Source of the DNA: Octopus sinensis | Lineage: Eukaryota | Length of the DNA: 64,000 bases | Assembly: GCF_006345805.1 (NCBI RefSeq) | Contig: NC_043006.1 | Coordinates: 10,230,001 to 10,294,000, forward strand | Reading direction: 5' to 3' | In this document: piece by piece, positions 56,721 to 64,000 of the stretch | Position numbering within the stretch: position 1 is the first letter of the stretch | How the letters are laid out: every line of letters starts with the position of its first letter | Translations under genes and position numbers: made by a program | Notes under the pieces: generated by a model | What the model was told of the DNA's origin: nothing | The model's database searches: none | The model's input: the letters and a program-made list of their open reading frames with translations, nothing else

Positions 56721-58060
56721 TAGTGTGTGGTGCAAGGTCGGCGTGACGAGCAAAATTTGATGTGTTCTGGTGGTGTTGTGTGTGGGTGGTTGCTTGTTTT
56801 TATGTCATCTTGTATCAGGTTTCTTTTTGAGTTGATGTATTCCATCAACTCCGTATTTTTCGTGTTGATGGCAGTGAGCATCGTTAATGCATATGTTTTG
56901 TGGTTTTGGTGTTGGTGTTGTTTGTACTAGTGTTGGACATGTTTTCTGGGGTTGTGTATCTCCTTGCTTTTTTGCGTTCGGTTTGATTTCTTGCTCCTCT
57001 TCCTCCTTCCTAATCTGGCTATTTGTCATTCGTCTTGGTTGTCGTCTTCCGACGAAATTTCTGAGGATTCGGAAGGGGTAAGTGCATATTGCAAGCGTCT
57101 ATGTATGTTTGTATAAGTGATTGTGCTGTGGCTTCCTGCCTTCTACTACTATATACAGTTTCTGGCTGGCTGTTAGCTCAACTGAATTTAGAATAATGTT
57201 GATCGACTCCTGATCGATTTCCAACTGGATCTTCATCGCTTTAACCATCCAATTTCGCTGTTTTAATACAGCAATTTCTAAAATCTTGCTGTCCTCCATT
57301 TCGAAACAGATGGCAGGTATTAGCTATTCTGTCTCTATTTCTGGAGGCACATTTTTAATTGTGACTTTTGTCACTCGTTGGCCGAGATATGTCGGTATCA
57401 TCACAAGCTCCTCTGTGTGGAGACTTAATGTTGAGAACCACTTCACTTGTTCTTCAGTTTAAAAAAGAACTTGATCTATAGCTTATTTGTTCTACCAGTT
57501 CACATATTCTTTCTGTGCCCATACAGGTGAAAAACAGTTTCAATTGTCTGATGGGGTGCTTGTTCTGGTGTTCTTGTTTTCATTCTTATGACTTTGTATA
57601 TAATTGTTCTCATTTGTGTGTGTTCACTTATGTTTTTATGTATGCGTATATGTAAAATGGATTTTTCTTTACTAAGAAGTGATTTCGTTCCATTTATTTC
57701 TCGGGCAGTGAACGTAACAATGTTTTTTTTCCTTTGAAACCTCAGCGAAATTTCTTTTGTTGTTGTTGCCCTTAGTGGTGGTGGTGGTAGTGGTGGTAGC
57801 ATAGGTGATACTTGTAGCAGCAGAAGTTGTAATAGGATTGTTGGTGTTGGCGGCAATGTCATTGGTAGAGGTCATGGTGGATGTCTTTGCAATAATATTT
57901 TTATTTTTGTTGTTATTGGGGGTGCAGTTGGTATTGGCATCAGCAGCACTGACATTGATATTTGTACTTGTTGTTTTTAAATTTTTGTTTTGTATCTTTT
58001 CTCAGTGTGTGTGTGTCTGTGTGTAAAATATTAACTTGTGGTAGCGGGAGTCTAGGAAAA
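56720..58060 (-). mobile_element. Possible L1/Tx1-type ORF1 and 5' relic
   Basis: IPTYLGQRVTKVTIKNVPPEI-like peptide at 57300-57420 resembles Tx1-type ORF1. The remainder is low-complexity. Confidence 0.35.
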
Positions 58061-58246
58061 TATACGTCAAACGTTAAAAAATTTGGAAATTTCGCCCAGA
58101 AAGGGTGAATTTCCTATGGAAATGTTCATAAAACTTGAAATTGTAAGTTGTTAGACAAGTTTTGCACAGAAAATATTTAACAATAAAAACATTTTAAACC
58201 ACAAAATAGGCAACGTACATCCAGCCGATTTAACAACAGTCCGTCC

Positions 58247-58249
58247 ATC

Positions 58250-58331
<82 letters not shown>

Positions 58332-58385
58332 GTAGGTAGGTAGGTAGTAGGTAGGTAGGTAGGTAGGTAGATGGATAGATAGATA
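58247..58385. repeat. (GATA)n/(GGTA)n microsatellite
   Basis: Read directly from the sequence. Confidence 0.95.
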
Positions 58386-59595
58386 GATTGATATAGAGAG
58401 AGAGATCACGAGTAGATTACAATAGGTTTATGTGAAACTGTTCTGTCGTCAAAAATATCTCATTAAGTGTCTTTATACCTGTTCCGAAATACTTGTCGTT
58501 GATTTGATGTTGTAGCATCTCACCTTTTTATTGATGTAAATACTTTTTATCAAATTCTAGGAAAGGTTATGGTTATTAAATTAATTACCCGAGCTTTTCA
58601 AACACATAAATAGCATATATTAATGCATATATATATATTTTTTATAAACATTAAACTCTTGTTAAATATAGCAAATAAAATACACAGTGCACTACATAAT
58701 TGCAATATAATATTCATAAATTCTGCTTGAATTTTAAATGCAAGTCACGGTGAAGCATTAAATACTTAAGAAAATATGAGCTTTCGTTGCATATTGATAT
58801 TTTCTTTTGAATTTTATCGCTTCGGGCATGATTGGCCAACATATAAGTAGCTACGTTTATTGTGAACACAATTTCTTTAGCAATTAATTACGAACTAGTA
58901 AATTAATAGCTTGCCTCCGTTCTTTAATATCGATGGCATAATTGCGTTTTGGACCATTATTTTTGTCACGTAATTACCGTAAAGCAACGTAAATGTTGAC
59001 AAATTATCGAAATGATTTGTTCCGTTTCTATAGTGCAATAAGAGTTTATACTTTCAACATTCAAAATATGCATGCAATTATAAATATCTAAAATCAACTA
59101 CGAGTTAGGCTGCCTTGAATTCCCTGGTGTTATACTCATTTTTCTCTAAGCATGGCAAAGTACTTCATTTAGTGGAAATATTGAACATAAAATAAAAAGG
59201 ATTTTATCTTTGGCACAATTCATACTTTCAAGGTCACACGCTATTGTTCCTAGTAAATTCAATATTACCTTCATATGCAAAGTTTCTCCTCTCCATCTCT
59301 TTAAATTCACTTTCAGTTAATTTTCAATCGGCTTTCCATTAAGTATTTTCCCTTGTACTCCAGTTGTAGCCGAACTTTGATCATCTGCATGACTCTAGAC
59401 TTATTTAACTATTCCAAGACAACTACCTGCGTCAAGGACCTCGTATTTTGCGCAAGGACATTTCCATTCATCCCGAGTGTTAAACTAACACGCCTGCTTT
59501 TTGTTCTTATACCTGTCTTCGTCTTCTGTAAACTTGAAGTATAAATAAATATATATATATATATATTATATATTATATATATATATATATCTATG

Positions 59596-59630
<35 letters not shown>

Positions 59631-59716
59631 GTATGTATATATATATGTGTATGTATGTATGTATATATGTATGATATACATCTATTTATATATGCTTCGA
59701 TAAATATATAATGTAT

Positions 59717-60279
59717 GTATCATAAAAGTTGAAGCACCTCAAAGGGCAATCACACAAAACAGATAGATGGCATGACAGGCCTCGACTATTGGGGTCGGCT
59801 AGAAAGCTTAAAACTCTATTCTCTCCAACGTCGTCGTGAGCGCTACATCATCTGCATGATGTGGAAAATATTCCATCAGCATTGCCCAAATGATGTGGCA
59901 TCACCTTTAAGGTACATCCAAGGTGGGCCCCCCGTGCCATCCGCCCAAAACAAAAATCGCAATCTCATCTCATAACAACAATACGGCACAATTATTTCAC
60001 CTCAATTGGCCCCGCTCTCTTTAACATTACACCAAAACACATTAAAACAGAGAAACAGACCCTATAGGGTTCAAGAAGTCTTTGGACAGATTCCTTCAAG
60101 AAATCCCGGATAAACCCCCTACACCCGGATATGTCTCTGTAAACAATAACTCTCTACTTGAGTGGGCCATAGTGCCCAAATTCTGACTTGAAAGATTTCA
60201 CCAGGTGGTGCTATTAAGTTAGACATGGCCTGGGCCAATAATGGCCGAAACCTATCAAAGTATCAAAGTATCAAAGTAT
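59717..60279 (+). mobile_element. 3' fragment of the same CR1-type LINE family as 7773-9612
   Basis: Nearly identical to 9055-9612, including the (AAAGTATC)n tail; a few small indels. Confidence 0.92.
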
Positions 60280-60458
60280 ATGTATATATATTTATATATA
60301 TATGTATGTATATATGTGTGTATATATATACATATATATATATATGTGTTGTGGTGTGAGTATGAGTGTATGTGTGTGTGTGTGCGTGTGTGTGTGTGTG
60401 TATTTCAGACCGAAGCCGGAAATTTGACGTTGCAAGATGTTCTTCCTGATTATATGAT

Positions 60459-60500
<42 letters not shown>

Positions 60501-60660
60501 AGTTGGCAGGTAAGGCTATGTAAGTGCCACCTTAGAATCTCGGTTCGATAGTAATACGAGTGAGGAGTCTAATGCGGTTCTTGTGCGAGCCTGTATATGT
60601 TAAATGAGACAACAAAGCCAAGGCTGAGTGGAATTTATTGGACATTTATAAAGAGAAAGT

Positions 60661-60712
60661 TCGTCTTACAGCTGTTTCTGGGCTATTAAGAATATAACTT
60701 CACCAGAAACGA
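60661..60712 (-). ncRNA. Degenerate minimal type I hammerhead (Penelope-type)
   Basis: Minus strand reads tcgttt-CTGGTGA-..-GAAA-CAGCT-GTA-agacga: 6-bp stem I and palindromic stem III, but core A6 is G and stem II is poorly closed. Confidence 0.45.
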
Positions 60713-61102
60713 TATGTGAGAGTTAACTAGAGGGAAATAGCAGAGTTCAATATAAGGATTTGTTTTGGAAAAGGATGGATATAAGATGTATAAAGCGAAA
60801 TAAGATAATAGAAAGAGAAAAAGAAAAGAAAAATCATATATAGGATCTTACAGTTGCAGTTCCATCATCCAAGGAAAGTGTTGTTGTGTACCCATTCTAC
60901 ACAGTATTTATATATATATATACATATATATATATATAATATATATATAATATATATACATATATATATATATATATATTTATATAAATATATATATATA
61001 TATATAACGGGAAGCTTTAGGAAAATAAACAAAAGACGAAGGCAGGTGGAGTACAAACAAACAATTGTATTAGTATGGCGCTCAGGAATAGAAATAAAAC
61101 AA

Positions 61103-61142
61103 GTCTTTTACGTTTCGAGCCTACGCTCTTCAACAGAAGATA
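61103..61142 (-). ncRNA. Degenerate minimal hammerhead-like motif inside a (TA)n-embedded repeat (61007-61220)
   Basis: Minus strand reads tatctt-CTGTTGA-A-GAGC-GTAG-GCTC-GAAA-C-GTA-aaagac; core A6 is U. Confidence 0.4.
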
Positions 61143-61236
61143 CACAGAAAAGAAATACGGAGAGAAACAAGGAGAGAAAAAAATGCGTGCAGGAGCTAAC
61201 GATTCAACATGCTGGTGTATATATATATACATGGCG

Positions 61237-61293
<57 letters not shown>

Positions 61294-61749
61294 TTATATA
61301 TATTATATATATACGTGAATATATATACAATAGATATGTATATATATATGTGCGTATATATATATATATATTATATACATTCCCCCCTCCATCACTTGAC
61401 AACCAATGTTGGTGTGTTTACGTCCCTGTAACTTAGAGTTCGGCAAAAGAGACCGAACGAATATGTACTAGGCCAACAAACTATCAGTCTCAGGGTCAAT
61501 TTCTGCTACTGAAAATACATAAAGCGGTACTCCACCATGGACGCGCTTCAGTGAGTGGAAAATATAACAGAATAAAACATATAACAGAATAAAAGAATAA
61601 TGAATATTGGTTTTCATGTTTCTTCCTTGCTAGATAGTCTCAATGAGCAGAGTTTTTAAAGGCTTAAAGCAAGATTACTGACCTCTCTTGGTTACCGAGA
61701 ACTAATTACCGATGATATATATGCGTCGGAAGCAAGAATTTATCACGAT

Positions 61750-62000
61750 GAAAGATATAGGCAACAAATCTCATATTGTAATTAATGATATGAGGTTTGA
61801 TACTGATGCAAGTATCCTTTCTTAGGGAATTCTGTATTAGCTGTAGTAGATTTCTAAACCACGTAGTGTATCGATCGATAATTGACCTAAGATTTCGATG
61901 AATATACCGAATATACCTGCGATATATTGGTACGAGCAACATACTCGCAGAGATCGTTGGATAGTTGGAAGATTGTCTGAAGCGGAGCACATCTTCATTG
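61750..62000 (-). pseudogene. Possible fifth SLC9C1-like remnant (post-CNBD C-terminus), locus E
   Basis: LPTIQRSLRVC..IAG (cf. YPSLEYRLWRVV..IAT) and KKGYL (cf. ERGYL) in different frames. Matched by eye. Confidence 0.35.
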
Positions 62001-62339
62001 TCACAAACACAATGCATACGGAGAGCCACACGTGTGTGTGTATGAGCCTGTGTGCATGTGTGTGTGCGTGTGTGTGTGTTTGTATGTCCGACGACGGGAA
62101 CATAACAAACTTTATAAGCGCCGAGCATTTTGGTATTTTGCAGAAAATACGAGGTCAGATGAATAATTATCAGGACTGCTGTCATCGTAAGGAAGCTAAA
62201 GCACGCAAAGTATGTATGCTTGGCATAGATAGATTTGAACGCTGTTGTGCATGTGCACCACAGAGTTTTAACGTTCTAGCTCACTCCCACTGTTTATAGC
62301 ATTGCGTAAAATGAAGGGATGTAGCGTGTGATCGTCATA

Positions 62340-62935
62340 CTCACCGGTCATTCGGAATGCTCACAGCAGCCATATTCCTACCACTCTATGTCACGCTGGT
62401 GAGACCCATATTGGAGTATGGGATTCAAGCCTCTTCTCCTTATCTCCTCAAAGACATACAGCATCTCGAAAGAGTCCAGAAGCTGGCTACCCGCATGGTT
62501 CATGGTCTCAAAAATTTGTCCTACGAAGAGAGGCTGAGGACGCTCGACCTTTATTCTCTTGAAAAACGCCGCCGCCGTGGTGATCTCATTCTCGCCCACA
62601 ACATCATAAGCGGAAAGTGTAACCTCTCGAAAGAGCTGTTCTTCACTCCTGCTCCAGAGCGTCGGCTGCGGGGTCATTCCGAAAAGCTCTACCTGCGACG
62701 ATTTCATCTCAATCGAAGGAGAGGAGCTTTCTCCGTCCGGGTTGCGGATCCGTGGAACAAGCTGCCAGACGAGATGGTGAAGATGCCGACGACCGCTTTG
62801 TTCAAAGCCTCCCTGGACCTCAAGTGGCCTGAACTCTTTACATGAACACCACCCTGTACTTAACTCCATGTCCCCCTACATGGCTTGCTATTTGCTTTTG
62901 AGCCAAATTAACTAACTAACTAACTAACTAACTAA
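62340..62935 (+). mobile_element. Young CR1-clade LINE 3' end with (CTAA)n tail
   Basis: Uninterrupted ORF LYVTLVRPILEY..LERVQKLATR..YEERL..LYSLEKRRRRGDLI..RGHSEKL..WNKLP up to its stop; GC-rich; tandem ctaa tail. Confidence 0.9.
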
Positions 62936-62939
62936 TGGC

Positions 62940-63130
62940 AGAGAAAGTTGTCATGGTGACAACTATTGAGAGGCCTACGCAACGTTCCAGAGAGTGTATG
63001 GGAAGGAGTGTATGAGCCGCACACAAGTGGAGGAGTGGTTCAGATGCTTCCAAGATGGCGGGAAAATGTCGATAGTGACGAACATTCTCTGAGACTCACA
63101 ACCAGAGAAAAACATCGATAATTACTGCCT
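62940..63130 (+). mobile_element. Mariner N-terminal (HTH) fragment
   Basis: EAYATFQRVYGKECMSRTQVEEWFRCFQDG..NVDSDEH. Confidence 0.75.
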
Positions 63131-63255
63131 ATCTGGACATACTAAGGACTAAGTAACAAACATACCAAAACAAATTTATGTATAGTAGTATAAGAAAATT
63201 ACGAAACTTTTGGATGACCTCGCCTTAAAATATGCTTCAAAACATATACAGATCT

Positions 63256-63905
63256 TAAGGCGGCGAGCTGGCAGAAGCGGTAGCACGTCGGGCAAAATAC
63301 TTAGCGGTATTTCGTCTGCCGCTACGTTCTGAGTTCAAATTCCGCCGAGGTCGGCTTTGCCTTTCATCCTTTCGGGGTCGATAAATTAAGGACCAGTTAC
63401 TCACTGGGGTCGATATAATCGACTTAATCTGTTTGTCTGTCCTTGTTTGCCCCTTGTGGGTAGCAAAGAAGTAGGTATTACGTCTGCCGTTACGCTCTGA
63501 GTTCAAATTCCGCCGAGGTCGTCTTTGCCTTTCATCCTTTCGTGATCGATAAATTAAGTACCAGTTACGCACTGGATTCGAAGTAATCGACTTAATCTCC
63601 TTGTCTGTCCTTGTTTGTCTCCTCTATGTTTAGCCCCTTGGGCAATATAGAAATAAAAAAATAAGAAATGCTAGTACACGGTTTAAAATGTTTAGAGACA
63701 TTTCGTCCGTCATTACGTTCTGAGTTCAAACTTCGCCGGGATCGACTTTGTCTTTCATCCTTTCGGGATCGATAAAAGAAGTATTTGTTAAACACTGGTG
63801 TCAATTTAATCCAGTAGTCCTTTCCTGTCGAGATCGACTTTACCTTTCGGGGTAGATAAATTAAGTACTCACTCACGAAAATATTGCTGGCCTTGTGCCA
63901 ATATT
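63256..63905 (+). mobile_element. SINE family 1, composite of three to four modules
   Basis: Head aaggcggcgagctggcagaagcggtagcacg, then repeated gttctgagttcaaattccgccgaggtc..cctttcatcctttc modules. Confidence 0.85.
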
Positions 63906-64000
63906 TGGAAACAATATATACATCTCTTGTTACAGATCTAAAACTTTACAAACTAATAAGAAAAGTTTAAACGGATGATGGTAAGAGTTTTGTTGACAAA

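Noticed and set aside
62378-62869. 163-aa antisense ORF
   Set aside because: Shadow of the GC-rich CR1 ORF on the opposite strand.

Overview
AT-rich, microsatellite-dense eukaryotic DNA. The SINE, LINE and mariner repertoire points to a cephalopod, probably Octopus (inference). No intact host protein-coding gene can be supported. Two systems stand out. (1) A ~490-nt repeat, present at 17871-18640 and 30120-31320 and always embedded in (TA)n, carries a complete type I hammerhead ribozyme with compensatory base changes between loci. It looks like a non-LTR retrozyme family, with an unusually long 58-nt insert in stem II and a Penelope-style inverted segment at one locus. (2) The non-repetitive DNA between the transposons contains collinear, stop- and frameshift-riddled remnants of up to five SLC9C1/sNHE-like genes (CPA1 Na+/H+ exchanger + voltage-sensor domain + cyclic-nucleotide-binding domain): one on + and four in head-to-tail order on -. 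These protein matches were made by eye against remembered sea-urchin and human SLC9C1 sequences and need a tBLASTn/HMM check. The rest is CR1-type and RTE LINEs, Penelope RT and GIY-YIG fragments, five mariner relics, a Helitron fragment, three SINE families, MITE-like fold-backs and a near-perfect 1251-bp tandem duplication. Most ORFs in the supplied track are microsatellite translation artefacts.
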